From Planctomycetota bacterium (GTDB lineage Bacteria; Planctomycetota; UBA1135; UBA2386), in contig OZ245838.1 in the NCBI GenBank assembly GCA_965228735.1, forward strand, positions 3,840,001 to 3,904,000: DNA of 64,000 bases, given 5' to 3'. The position numbers and the translations under genes are program-made. This document shows positions 22,152-32,700 of the stretch, in pieces. A model generated the notes under the pieces. It was not told the origin of the DNA. It searched no databases and was given only the letters and a program-made list of their open reading frames with translations. Numbering within the stretch: the stretch's first letter is position 1; each line of letters begins with the position of its first letter.

Positions 22152-22979
22152 TCAACTGCGCGCGAGGATCGTGCGGGTGTAGAGCACGCGAAAGCCCTGC
22201 CGGATCACGTTCTGCTGACTCCGCGAGCCGGGCTGCGTCACGACGACCGCGAGATCACAGCCGGCATCGGTCGCGCGCTGCAAGCGCTCGTGCAGCATCG
22301 CCGTCTGCACACCGCGGCGCCGGGCAGCCGACAGCGTGGTCGCCCCGCACAGCTGCGCGATGCCGCTCGTGCAGCGCATCGACGCGCCGCCCACCAGCTC
22401 GCCGGCCAGCTCGGCAGCGAAGAACTCCATCCCGTCCGCCGCGGCGAAGTCCGCGAGGATGCGCCGCAACGATTCGATCTCGAACGACTCGTGCGACGCG
22501 ACGCCCTCGACGTCGGGCGCGGCGAAGCCCGCGGCGACGAGGTCGAGCCAGGACTCGCGCTCGGCCTCGGCGCTGACCCGAACGGTGTGCGCCGGCGCCG
22601 GGATCGCGGGAGCATCGGCACCGAGCGGGCGCCCGCTGACGTTCTCGAACGAGACGATGCGATAGCCGCGCTCCGTGAAGAACCGCGCGACGTCGGCGTC
22701 TCCGAGGTTGGCCAGTTCGACGTGCAGGGGCGCGTTCCGAGCCGCGAACATCGCCTCGACCTCGGCGAGCTCGTCGACCGGGACCGCACCGTCGAACCCG
22801 AGGCCGACCACCTTGTTGATCGGCGAGCCGTCACCGAGCCAGACCGCGAGCCCACCAGCGAGCTCGCGAACGAGCAGGTCCCGCTCCGGATGCCGTTCGC
22901 GCGCCGCGTTCGCGAGCGCGCGGACGAGCTCGAGCTCGGCGCTCTCGATCCGGCGGGCAAGGTCGACGCTGGCGAACAT
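22152..22979 (-). CDS. GNAT family N-acetyltransferase
   Basis: GSPINKVVGLG, ARRRGVQTAML, TQPGSRSQQN. Confidence 0.88.
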   Translation of the reverse strand: MFASVDLARRIESAELELVRALANAARERHPERDLLVRELAGGLAVWLGDGSPINKVVGLGFDGAVPVDELAEVEAMFAARNAPLHVELANLGDADVARFFTERGYRIVSFENVSGRPLGADAPAIPAPAHTVRVSAEAERESWLDLVAAGFAAPDVEGVASHESFEIESLRRILADFAAADGMEFFAAELAGELVGGASMRCTSGIAQLCGATTLSAARRRGVQTAMLHERLQRATDAGCDLAVVVTQPGSRSQQNVIRQGFRVLYTRTILARS

Positions 22980-23026
22980 GCCGGCACGTGAACGCCTCGG
23001 CTGCCCGCGAGCAAGGAGAACGCGCG

Positions 23027-24553
23027 CTACTTGCCAGCCGGATACGGCTTGGGCAGGAACACCGTGGTTCCCTCGTTCGTCTGGCGCGCGCCGGGCGTGC
23101 TGCGGCCATCGTCGACGTAGCGCTGCATCAGGGCGGTCAGCCGTTCGACGACCTCGGGGTTGCTCGCCGCGACGTTGTGCTGCTCCGCGCCGTCCTTCGC
23201 GAGGTCGAAGAGCTGCAGCAGCGGCAGCCGCTGCTTGCGCGCGGGCGCCGGCTTCGGCGCGCTCCAGCCGCCGGAGCCGGGACAGAACACGAGCTTCCAT
23301 TGGCCCTGGCGGATCGCGAACGAACCGTTGACGGAGTGATGCACGGTCGCCTCGCGGGCAGGTGCATCGGCGTCGCCGAGGAGTGCTGGCAACATGCTCA
23401 CGCTGTCCTCGCCGGCGGTGTCCGGGAGCTTCGTGCCCACGATCTCCGCGCACGTCGCCATCAGATCGGTGTGGCAGACCGTCCGATCCGAAGTCGTGCC
23501 GGCCGCCACGCGCGCAGGCCAGCGCACGACGAACGGTACGCGGTGGCCGCCCTCGTAGATGTCGGCCTTGTGCCCGCGCAGGCCGTTGTTGGGATCGTGC
23601 CCGTGCTCCTGCAACGCGGCGAAGTCGGCGCGCGGCGAACAGCCATTGTCCGACGTGAACACGAACAGCGTGTCATCACCCGCGCCGGTCTCGTCGAGTG
23701 CCTGCAGCAACGCGCCCACGGTGGCATCGACCTGCAGCACGAAGTCACCGTACGGGTTGGTGCCGCTCTTCCCCTGGAACTCGGGCGTCGGCAGGATCGG
23801 CGTGTGGGGTGCCGGCAACGGCAGGTAGAGGAAGAACGGGGCCTCTTCCTGCGCGCGCGCCCGCACCCACGCGACGGCCCGCCGCGTGAAGTTGGGCAGC
23901 ACGTCGTCGTGCACGAAGTCCGCGCCGGTGAGCCCGCGGCGCCAGAAGCCCTGATAGTCCTTGTTGACCGTCTTGCGGTTGGGTTCCGCCGTGACGCGCC
24001 CGTCCTCGACGTAGACGTACGGCGCCATGTCGAGTGAACCGTTGTGCACGCAGTAGTGCTCGAACCCGTTGACGTCGGGACCGTTCGTCACCGGCAATGA
24101 GAAGTCGATCGGCCCGCGCCCCTTCGCCGTCTGTCGGCGGCCGAAATCGAGCCCGAGGTGCCACTTGCCGATGCACGCCGTGCGATAGCCAGCGTCCCGC
24201 AGCAACCCGGCGACCGTGAGCCGCGCCGGATCGATCAGGTGCTCCGAGCCGCCGCCGAGCACGCCGCGCTTGAGCCGCGAACGCCACGCATAGCGCCCCG
24301 TGATCACGCCGTAGCGCGTCGGCGTGCACACGGCCGAACCCGAGTGCGAGTCCGTGAACCGCATCCCCTCGCGCGCAAGTCGATCGATGTGCGGCGTGCG
24401 CCACGCGGCGCCGGCGTTGTAGCACGACGCGTCACCGACCCCCATGTCGTCCGCGAGCACGTAGACGATGTTGGGCAGCGCGTCTTGCTGACCGACGAGC
24501 GCGGTCGAGCAGAGCGACAACGAGATCGAGAGGGCGACGAGGTGGACGCGCAT
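23027..24553 (-). CDS. Arylsulfatase
   Basis: LADDMG, CTPTRY, GKWHLG, YEGGHRVP. Confidence 0.93.
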   Translation of the reverse strand: MRVHLVALSISLSLCSTALVGQQDALPNIVYVLADDMGVGDASCYNAGAAWRTPHIDRLAREGMRFTDSHSGSAVCTPTRYGVITGRYAWRSRLKRGVLGGGSEHLIDPARLTVAGLLRDAGYRTACIGKWHLGLDFGRRQTAKGRGPIDFSLPVTNGPDVNGFEHYCVHNGSLDMAPYVYVEDGRVTAEPNRKTVNKDYQGFWRRGLTGADFVHDDVLPNFTRRAVAWVRARAQEEAPFFLYLPLPAPHTPILPTPEFQGKSGTNPYGDFVLQVDATVGALLQALDETGAGDDTLFVFTSDNGCSPRADFAALQEHGHDPNNGLRGHKADIYEGGHRVPFVVRWPARVAAGTTSDRTVCHTDLMATCAEIVGTKLPDTAGEDSVSMLPALLGDADAPAREATVHHSVNGSFAIRQGQWKLVFCPGSGGWSAPKPAPARKQRLPLLQLFDLAKDGAEQHNVAASNPEVVERLTALMQRYVDDGRSTPGARQTNEGTTVFLPKPYPAGK

Positions 24554-24569
24554 CGCGGCAGTCTATGCT

Positions 24570-25724
24570 CTATCGCGGCGGCAGCACGTCCCGAGCGCGT
24601 TCGAGCAGCACGCGCGCGGCGGCGCGGTGGCCCGCCTGGCTCCAGTGCGCATCGCAGGAGAGGAAGAGCCGCGCGAGATCGTCACCGTGCGCCGCGGTGA
24701 ACGCGGGCAACAGCGGCACGAAGTGGACGTTGTCGATGCCCTCGGCCCACTCGCTCAGCCGGGTGTCGAGCGGCGTCGCTCCGGCCGCCCGATACGCGGC
24801 GAAGTCGGCGAGGCGCGGGATCGTGAACAACACGACGGGCCGCGGTGCCGCGGCCTTCGCGAGCTGTTCGTACGAGTGCGTGAGGCGGTGGAACTCCGCG
24901 TCCGAGAACCGGAAGAACCGGCTCTCGGGCTGGTCGACCTCGCCCGCGATCTTGCTGCGGGCGCGGCTCTGCTTGTGCGCCGAATACAGCAGGTCGACGA
25001 CGTTCTTCGTGTAGGTGAACTCGCGCAGGAAGTGCTGGAGGTCGAAGTCCGCGTCCCCGGGGTCGAGCCGGAACGTCGACTGCTCGACGCTCGGCAGCGA
25101 GTAGCGCAGTTCGAAGTCCGGGTGATCGCCAGCCCAGTACGCCTGGTAGCGATCCGGCTTCGGCACGTCGTCGTCGAAGTCGTTCTCCGGCAGGATCGCG
25201 GCGACGACCGCGTCGTGACGGAACTGCGAGGCGAAGCGCGAGTAGAGCGCGAACGCGTGGGTCGAGCCCGCGTTGCCGCTCGTTCCGAAGTTGAGGAACG
25301 GCGTGCCGGTCTCCTGCTCGAGCACGTCGGACATGCGATCCGCGAGCGCGACGCCGTAACCCTCCATGAACGAGTCCCCGAGCACGACGACGCGCGGGTG
25401 ATCCGCGTCGCGGCTGCGCTCGCGATCGCGTGCGCCGTACGAGTTGCTCTCGTAGACGACGCTGAAACACGCCTTCTGGTGGCGGAAGCGCGTGTGCGGC
25501 GGATGCCAGACGCCGAACTCGGGGCTCAGGTCACCCCAGAACGTGCGGGCGCTGTCCTCGAGCGTGTAGGTCGGCGTGCGCGCGCTGAACATGCCCGTCG
25601 ACACCGCGAGGCACGACCCGACCTCGAGCGTCAGCAGGCCGATGATCAGGCCGACCGCGAGCGCGACGAGGCGACGGCGACGCTTCTTCGGGGGCTTCTT
25701 CGGTTGCGGCGTGGGGTCGGCCAT
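24570..25724 (-). CDS. Membrane-anchored SGNH/GDSL hydrolase
   Basis: VLGDSF, PEND, DAHWS (DxH); N-terminal TM. Confidence 0.82.
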   Translation of the reverse strand: MADPTPQPKKPPKKRRRRLVALAVGLIIGLLTLEVGSCLAVSTGMFSARTPTYTLEDSARTFWGDLSPEFGVWHPPHTRFRHQKACFSVVYESNSYGARDRERSRDADHPRVVVLGDSFMEGYGVALADRMSDVLEQETGTPFLNFGTSGNAGSTHAFALYSRFASQFRHDAVVAAILPENDFDDDVPKPDRYQAYWAGDHPDFELRYSLPSVEQSTFRLDPGDADFDLQHFLREFTYTKNVVDLLYSAHKQSRARSKIAGEVDQPESRFFRFSDAEFHRLTHSYEQLAKAAAPRPVVLFTIPRLADFAAYRAAGATPLDTRLSEWAEGIDNVHFVPLLPAFTAAHGDDLARLFLSCDAHWSQAGHRAAARVLLERARDVLPPR

Positions 25725-25763
25725 CGCGCCCCATCATGCCGTCGGGATGCCGAAGAGGCGCGG

Positions 25764-26819
25764 TCACTTGCGATTCAGCCGCGCATCGAGCCCGGTTGCC
25801 CAGGACTCGCCGCCGTCCCCGGACTGCTCGTGGACGAGCCGCAGGCCGCCGTCGCCGAGCGCCTCGTAGCGCACGCGGCGCGGCGCGGCCGTCACTTTCC
25901 CCGCGCGGTCGCGTTGCACGAACGTGCCGACGCCGGCATCGCTGACCGTGCCGACGAGGATCTCGAACGCGGGGTTGCGGTCGTCGAGCGTGCGGGCGAC
26001 CCACTCCCCGTGCTCGGGGTAGAACGCCCAGGCCTCGAAGCTCCGATCGATCCGCGGCGCGTCACCGGGGCGCTCGACGTCGAGGAAGCACATCGTGCCA
26101 CAGCCGCGATTCGTGCTGGTCACGACGAGCCGCACGGAACTGCCGTCGGTCGCCGTGCCGCGCCACTCGCCGACGAAGCGATCGAGATCGCGGGCACCGT
26201 CGTGGCGGCAGACGCACGCCTGCTTCGGCGGCGCCGGCCGCGCGCGTTCGCCGGCAGCCGTCGTCGCGGCCGCGCTCACGGTCCGCGAGAACTCCATGAT
26301 CCAGGTCGTGCGCCACCCGCCGCCGTCGACCGGGTTCGCCATGTCCCACCGCACGGTGTCCGGCAACGCGTCGGCGAACGTGAACCGCGTTGCCCGCGGC
26401 CACGCGTCACCTGCGACGTTCGGCGGAAAGAACTCGGCGCGACCGTGCCGGAACGCGCCCTCCATGCGCGAGAAGCGGGCGCTGCGCGGGTTCGGCCAGT
26501 TGAGCCCGATCACCCAGCGCCCGGTCTTCGGATCGTAGAGTCGCACGCTGATGCCGAACGTGTTGGCCACCTCGCCGTCCAGCCCGTCCCACTCCTCGAG
26601 GATCGCCTTGCCGCCGAGGATCGGCCGGATGCGCGCCTTGGACTTGCCGGCCAGGAACCACCCTTCGGGGCCGAGGCGGCGGTTCTCGACGTTCCACTCG
26701 CCGACCCAGAAATCGAACTGCCGCTCCTTTGCCGCGACGTCGACGGCATCGCCATCCTGCGCGCTGGCGAACGGGGCGATCGCGGCGAGCGCGAGACCGA
26801 CGAGGACGAGCTTGGCCAT
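25764..26819 (-). CDS. Secreted protein with two DUF1579-like beta domains
   Basis: QFDFWVGEW and DLDRFVGEW repeats; DGG..W..TW motifs. Confidence 0.65.
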   Translation of the reverse strand: MAKLVLVGLALAAIAPFASAQDGDAVDVAAKERQFDFWVGEWNVENRRLGPEGWFLAGKSKARIRPILGGKAILEEWDGLDGEVANTFGISVRLYDPKTGRWVIGLNWPNPRSARFSRMEGAFRHGRAEFFPPNVAGDAWPRATRFTFADALPDTVRWDMANPVDGGGWRTTWIMEFSRTVSAAATTAAGERARPAPPKQACVCRHDGARDLDRFVGEWRGTATDGSSVRLVVTSTNRGCGTMCFLDVERPGDAPRIDRSFEAWAFYPEHGEWVARTLDDRNPAFEILVGTVSDAGVGTFVQRDRAGKVTAAPRRVRYEALGDGGLRLVHEQSGDGGESWATGLDARLNRK

Positions 26820-26916
26820 GCCCCCAGCGTGCCCCGCTGCACCACGCGACGAAACCGGCCGCCACGGGATCGATGCCGTTGGGCAAACTTCCCGGGCGTC
26901 GTAGTCTGACCGGGCC

Positions 26917-27789
26917 ATGCGCTACGAAGGCCGCATCTACCGACCGCCGAGCGAGGCGGACTCCTACATCCTGCAGGCGACGATCGGCTGCAGCTGGAAC
27001 AAGTGCACCTACTGCGACATGTACCGCGACAAGGAGTTCGCGGTGCGGCCACTCGGACACACGCTCGAGGACATCGCGGCCGCGGGAGCGGCCCACGGCG
27101 AGCAGGTGCGCAAGGTGTTCGTCGCGGACGGCGACGCGCTGATCCTCGACCTCGAGCACTGGCGCGCGATCCTCGGCGCATGCCGCGACGCGTTCCCTGC
27201 CCTGCGCCGGGTGTCGTGCTACGCGATGGCGACCAACGTGCTCGACAAGACCGAGGCCGAACTGCGCGAGCTTCGCGAACTCGGCCTCACCCTGCTCTAC
27301 ATCGGCCCCGAGAGCGGCGACGACGCGACGCTCAAACGGATCGCGAAGGGCAGCACGTTCGCCGAGCACGTCGCTGCCGCCGACCGTGCGCGAGCCGCCG
27401 GCATGACGCTGTCCGTGATCTTCCTGCTCGGCGCCGGCGGCGTCGAACGCAGCGACCAGCACGCGCGCGCGTCGGCCGAACTGCTGACCGCGATGGATCC
27501 GCGCTTCGCGTCGGCGCTGACGCTGACCGTCGTGCCGGGCACGCCGATCGCGCGCGCCGAGGAGAAGGGCCTCTACACCGCGCCGGATGCCGCAGGCGCG
27601 CTCCGCGAGCTGCGCACGCTCGTCGAGCACGCCGCCCCGACCGACGCGATCTTCCGCACCAACCACGCGTCGAACCGGCTGCCGATCGCCGGTCGACTGC
27701 CGCGCGATCGCGAACCGATCCTCGCGGCCATCGACGGCGCCCTGGCCGGCGATGTGCCGCTGCGACCCGAGTGGCTGCGCGGGTTGTGA
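26917..27789 (+). CDS. Radical SAM protein
   Basis: RPPSEA, CSWNKCTYC (CxxxCxxC), NHASN. Confidence 0.92.
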   Translation: MRYEGRIYRPPSEADSYILQATIGCSWNKCTYCDMYRDKEFAVRPLGHTLEDIAAAGAAHGEQVRKVFVADGDALILDLEHWRAILGACRDAFPALRRVSCYAMATNVLDKTEAELRELRELGLTLLYIGPESGDDATLKRIAKGSTFAEHVAAADRARAAGMTLSVIFLLGAGGVERSDQHARASAELLTAMDPRFASALTLTVVPGTPIARAEEKGLYTAPDAAGALRELRTLVEHAAPTDAIFRTNHASNRLPIAGRLPRDREPILAAIDGALAGDVPLRPEWLRGL

Positions 27790-27790
27790 A

Positions 27791-29152
27791 CTACTTGCCG
27801 TCGCCGCGCGGCCGCAGCATCTCCTGCAGTTCTCCGAGCTGCCGCTCGATGCGCCCCAACCGCGCCTCGACCGCGCTGCCGGCCGAGCTCGCCGACGAGG
27901 CGCTCTCGCCAGCGGGCTGGATCCGATCGAAATCGCGGTTGACCAGATAGCCGGGCGGCGCCTTCTGCCACGGCTGTCCCTTGCGCATCTGATCACGGCC
28001 CTGCCGGAACAGCTCGAGGGTGTCGTCGGAAGTGAAGTCGTTGACGTCGAGCTCGTTGCCGTAGTCCATCGTGACGAAGCGGAACTCGGCACCCCATGCG
28101 CGACAGAGCATGTAGAGGTGGAGCACGTGCTCCGTGATCATCGTGTAGCTCATCATCGTGACCGTGCGGGTCGCGATGTTGAGCGTGTCGCGCTGGACAT
28201 CCACGGATTGCGGCCGCAGCGAACCGTTGTGGACCACGTACATCGTTGCGTCGACCGCATCCCAGTCGAGTCCGGCGCGATCCGCCGACCGGTAACCGTC
28301 GAAGATGTTCTGCGGCATGAAGAGCGGCCGGATGACCGCGCCGTCGACGTGCAGTTCGTCCTTGTTGCCCGCGTGCTCGAAGCGAACGGGCGGATAGACG
28401 ACGGGAATCGCCGCCGATGCCGTGAGCACGTCCCGGAACAGCTCGAGCGCAGCCTCGCCGCCGACCGTCGCGATCGCTCCCAGATCCCAGACGACGAAGT
28501 GGCCCAGATCGAGGTTCGTGGTTCCGACGTAGAGGCGTCGCCCCTGCGCGTGGCGAGCCGCGACGGCCGCGAGCAGATCCTCGTCGACCGCTGCCGCGAT
28601 CGAATCGCGCAGCGGCCGGTTGTCGAGCAACGATTCGTCGAACAGGACCGAACTGATGAGGCCCTTCTCCCGATGCATGTCCTCGGGATCGATGCGCGCG
28701 AACAGCGCCTGCAGTCGCGCGTCGAACTCGCGTCCGGCGAACGCGAATGGCGCCATCAGCGCGCCGACACTCACCCCGGTGACGATCCAGAAGTCGGGCC
28801 GCCCGCCCTCCAGGAGTCGGCTCCACTCCGTGAGGATCCCGGCTCCGAAGGCGCCGTTGACCCCACCCGAACTGAGCACCAGCATGTCGAACTCACGCCG
28901 GCCCGCAGAGTCGGCCGGGACCTTCACGAACTCGGCGACGGTGACGTCGAACGCGGTCTGGAAGTGCTCGTTGCGGAACCCGTCGACCGCGCGAACGTGC
29001 TCGAACCCGGGCAACGGCGCGAGTTCGTCACCAACGGCTTCCTTCGCCTGCCGGACCGGCCACGAACAGGCCGTCAACACGGCGACGGCCATCAGCCCGC
29101 GAGGCCGCCAGGGTCGCCGCGGGCGCGCAGCTTCGAGTCTTGTTCGAGACAT
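27791..29152 (-). CDS. Patatin-like phospholipase lipoprotein (copy 2)
   Basis: LTAC lipobox; SSGGVNGAFGAG, GVSVG, HVDGA; start uncertain. Confidence 0.87.
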   Translation of the reverse strand: MSRTRLEAARPRRPWRPRGLMAVAVLTACSWPVRQAKEAVGDELAPLPGFEHVRAVDGFRNEHFQTAFDVTVAEFVKVPADSAGRREFDMLVLSSGGVNGAFGAGILTEWSRLLEGGRPDFWIVTGVSVGALMAPFAFAGREFDARLQALFARIDPEDMHREKGLISSVLFDESLLDNRPLRDSIAAAVDEDLLAAVAARHAQGRRLYVGTTNLDLGHFVVWDLGAIATVGGEAALELFRDVLTASAAIPVVYPPVRFEHAGNKDELHVDGAVIRPLFMPQNIFDGYRSADRAGLDWDAVDATMYVVHNGSLRPQSVDVQRDTLNIATRTVTMMSYTMITEHVLHLYMLCRAWGAEFRFVTMDYGNELDVNDFTSDDTLELFRQGRDQMRKGQPWQKAPPGYLVNRDFDRIQPAGESASSASSAGSAVEARLGRIERQLGELQEMLRPRGDGK

Positions 29153-29196
29153 GAGATCGGAGTAGGCCCTCGGCAGACGCGATTCACGCAGCGCGA

Positions 29197-29604
29197 TCAG
29201 TCGGCCCGTCCGCGTTCCCCGCGGACGGCCGCCACCTCGTAGGTCGTGATCTCCAACCCGTTGCCGTCCGGGTCGTCGAAGTAGAGCGAGAACGCGAGGT
29301 CGTGGTCCTTGATGCGACACGCGACGTCGCGCGCGGCGAGGTGATCGCGGAACGCAAGGAACTCGGCCGCCGTCGCGCCGAACGCGACCGTGTGCGTCGT
29401 CCGTCCCGGCGCCCGAAAGAGCGCGATGTGCGCCTTGCCACCGGCGTCCTGCAGCGTCAGCGGCCCGTTTTCGTCCGCGGCCCACGCCTCGGTCCCCGGC
29501 ACCGGGACGAAGCCGAGGATCTCGCCATACCACCGCGCCGCGGCCGCACGATCGCGGACGTAGACGTGGACGTGGTCGATGCCGCCGCTGAGTGCCGGAG
29601 CCAT
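29197..29604 (-). CDS. VOC/glyoxalase family protein
   Basis: IDHVHVYV, SLYFDDPDGNGLEI. Confidence 0.88.
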   Translation of the reverse strand: MAPALSGGIDHVHVYVRDRAAAARWYGEILGFVPVPGTEAWAADENGPLTLQDAGGKAHIALFRAPGRTTHTVAFGATAAEFLAFRDHLAARDVACRIKDHDLAFSLYFDDPDGNGLEITTYEVAAVRGERGRAD

Positions 29605-29747
29605 GCCCCGATCTTCCCATGATTCGTACCAAAATGGTGGCACAGCCGGCAAATCACCAACGTGGTCACCCGCAGTCGCGTGAGGGCGGCAAGATGTCCG
29701 ACCCGCTCGCGCGTGCGAGCGCCCCTCCCTCCCAACCGACGAGCTCG

Positions 29748-32700
29748 ATGACGCCCCATAGCATTCTCCGCGGCAGTCTCCGTTCCACTCTCACGTTCGC
29801 GGTCACCGCGGCCCTCGTGCCGCTCGCGATCACGACCCCGCTGCTGGCCCAGGCCGATGCGAGCAGCAGCAAGCGCGCGGTCACGCACGACGACTACGAC
29901 AGCTGGCCGGCGCTGCGCGGCACGACCTACAGCAAGGACGGCAAGTGGATGTCGTTCGCCATCAACCCGCGCGTCGGCGATGGGACGATGCACATCCGGA
30001 GCGTCGACGGGGACCAGGAGTTCTCGTTCGACCGCGGGCAGCGCGTGCAGTTCACCAACGACAGCAAGCACGCGATGTTCAAGGTCGGCAAGTCGTACGC
30101 CGAGGAGCGCCGCCGCAAGCTCGAGAAGCTCTACAAGAAGAAGGAAGAGAAGAAGTCGGGCGGTGAAGAGGAAGAGGAGTCCGAAGGTCTGCCGCCGGAC
30201 ATCAAGGAGGCGCTCGCCGAGCGCGGCATGACCGAGCGCCAGGCGCTCCGCATGATCGAGCAGCGCGGCTCGACGATCGCCGAGGTCCGCGGCTTCCTGG
30301 GCCTGCCGGACCCCAAGGGCAAGAAGGGCGCGAGCAAGCCGCGCGGCAAGAGCGGCGGCAAGAGCGAAGCCGACAAGAAGTGGGAAGAGGAGAACAAGGC
30401 GCTGAGCAAGCGCCTGCACCTGCTCGACCTGAGCACCGGCGAGGTGACCAAGATCGAGAACCTCAAGTCACACCGCCAGCCGAAGGACTCCGACCTGCTC
30501 GTCCTGCACTTCGAGAAGCCCGAGGAGAAGAAGGACGACGAGAAGAAGGACGACGCCGAGAAGGGCGAGAAGAAGGCCGGTGAAAAGAAGGCCGGTGAGA
30601 AGACCGGCGAGAAGGCCGCAAAGGAAGCTGGGGAGAAGACCGGCGAGAAGACCGGCGAGAAGAAGGCCGAGGCCGCCGAAGAGAAGGCCAAGAAGAAGGC
30701 CGAGAAGAAGGACCCCAAGGAGAAGAAGCGCAGCGACGGCACGAAGCTCGTGATCCGCGACCTGGCCGGCAAGGCCAAGGACGTCGAGCTCGAGAACGTC
30801 CGCGCCTACGGCTTCCTCAACGACGGCGACTGGATGTGGTACACGATCGGCACCAAGAAGGAGACGAAGGGCGTCGAGCACGGCCTCTTCGCGCGCGAGC
30901 TCGCGACGGGCAAGACCGTCACGGTGCTCGGCGGCTACAGCAACGTCTCCGGCATGACGACGGATCGCGACGACGAGCGCCTCGCGTTCACGAGCGACCT
31001 GTCGACGTTCGGCGAGGACGAGACGGAGCGTGACATCTACGTCTGGGACTTCTCGGAGAAGCCCGCGCTCAAGATGGTCACCAACGCGACGGAGGGCATC
31101 CCGGAGGACTACGAGATCTCGTCCTCGGGCCTCGGTTTCTCGCGCGACGGCTCGCTCCTGACGTTCTCCGTGAAGCCGGAGGAGCAGAAGGACGAGCGGA
31201 AGATCCTCGACGAGGACAAGATCAAGCTCGACCTCTGGCACTGGCGTGACGGCATGCTGCAGACGATGCAGGCGAAGCGCGGCGACCCGTCGCGCACGTC
31301 GCTCTCGGCCGTGTTTCACCAGGACAGCAACCGCGCCACGGTCATCGGCACCGAGGACATGCCGCGCGCCTCGCTGATCACCGACGATGGCTCGCGTGCG
31401 CTCGCTTCGAACAGCAAGCCCTACGAGATGATGGTCACGTGGGACGGGCGCTACAGCGACTACTACATCGTCAACACGATCGATGGCAGCCGCACGAAGA
31501 TCATCGAAGGCCTGCGCGGCAGCGCCCGCACCTCGACGGGCGGCAACTACGTCGTCTGGTTCGATCACCGTGACTACGACTGGCACGTCTACGACCTGGC
31601 CACGAAGGAGACGCGCAACCTGACGGCCGAGATCCCGGTCGCGTTCGACCGCGAGATCGACGACCGCCCCGAGCCGCACCGGGCGCACGGCTCCGCCGGC
31701 TGGACCGAGGGCGACCGTGAGGTCCTGCTCTACGACGAGTTCGACATCTGGGCCGTCAACGCGAAGACCGGCGCCTACCGCTGCGTCACCGACGGCCTCG
31801 GCCGCGCGACGAACGTGACGTTCCGCAGCTCCGGCCTCGACCTGCGCCCGGACGCCGTGCGCGACGCCGAGGAGGAGAAGGACGACGACGACGACCGCTT
31901 CGTCAGCGGCACGCTGGTCCTGACCGCGAGCGACAAGGACACGTACGCGTCGGGCTACTGGGTCGACTCCGTCGACAAGATCCAGAAGCCGAAGAAGCTC
32001 GTGATGATGGACGCGGCGATCGGCCGCCCCACGCGCCCCGAGGACGCCGACCGCCTGTTCCTCACGGTCAGCCGCTTCGATCAGTACCCGGACGTGTGGA
32101 CGACGGACCTGTCGTTCGGCAACAAGAAGAAGCTCACCGACGCCGGCAAGGTCCTCGACCAGTTCCGCTGGGGCTCGGCCGAGCTGGTCACGTGGCGCTC
32201 CGACGACGGCGTGGATCTCAAGGGTTACCTCGTCAAGCCGGACGGCTTCGACCCGCAGAAGAAGTACCCGATGATGGTCTACTTCTACGAGAAGAGCAGC
32301 AACCGCATCCACAGCTTCGTGACGCCCAACTGCGGCACGTCGCCGAACGCGGCGTACTACGTGTCCAACGGCTACCTGTGGTTCGTGCCGGACATCGTCT
32401 ACCGCGACGGCTACCCGGGCGAGTCGTGCGAGAAGTGCGTCGTCTCGGGCGTCAACGCGATGATCGCGAAGGGCTTCGTCGATGCGGACCGGGTCGGCGC
32501 CGCCGGCCACTCGTGGGGCGGCTACCAGACCGCGCACCTGATCACGCGGACCGACATCTTCGCGTGCGTCGAGTCGGGCGCGCCGGTGGTCAACATGTAC
32601 TCGGCCTACGGCGGCATCCGCTGGGGCTCGGGCATGTCGCGGCAGTTCCAGTACGAGCAGACGCAGTCGCGCATCGGCGGGTCGATCTGGGAACACCCGA

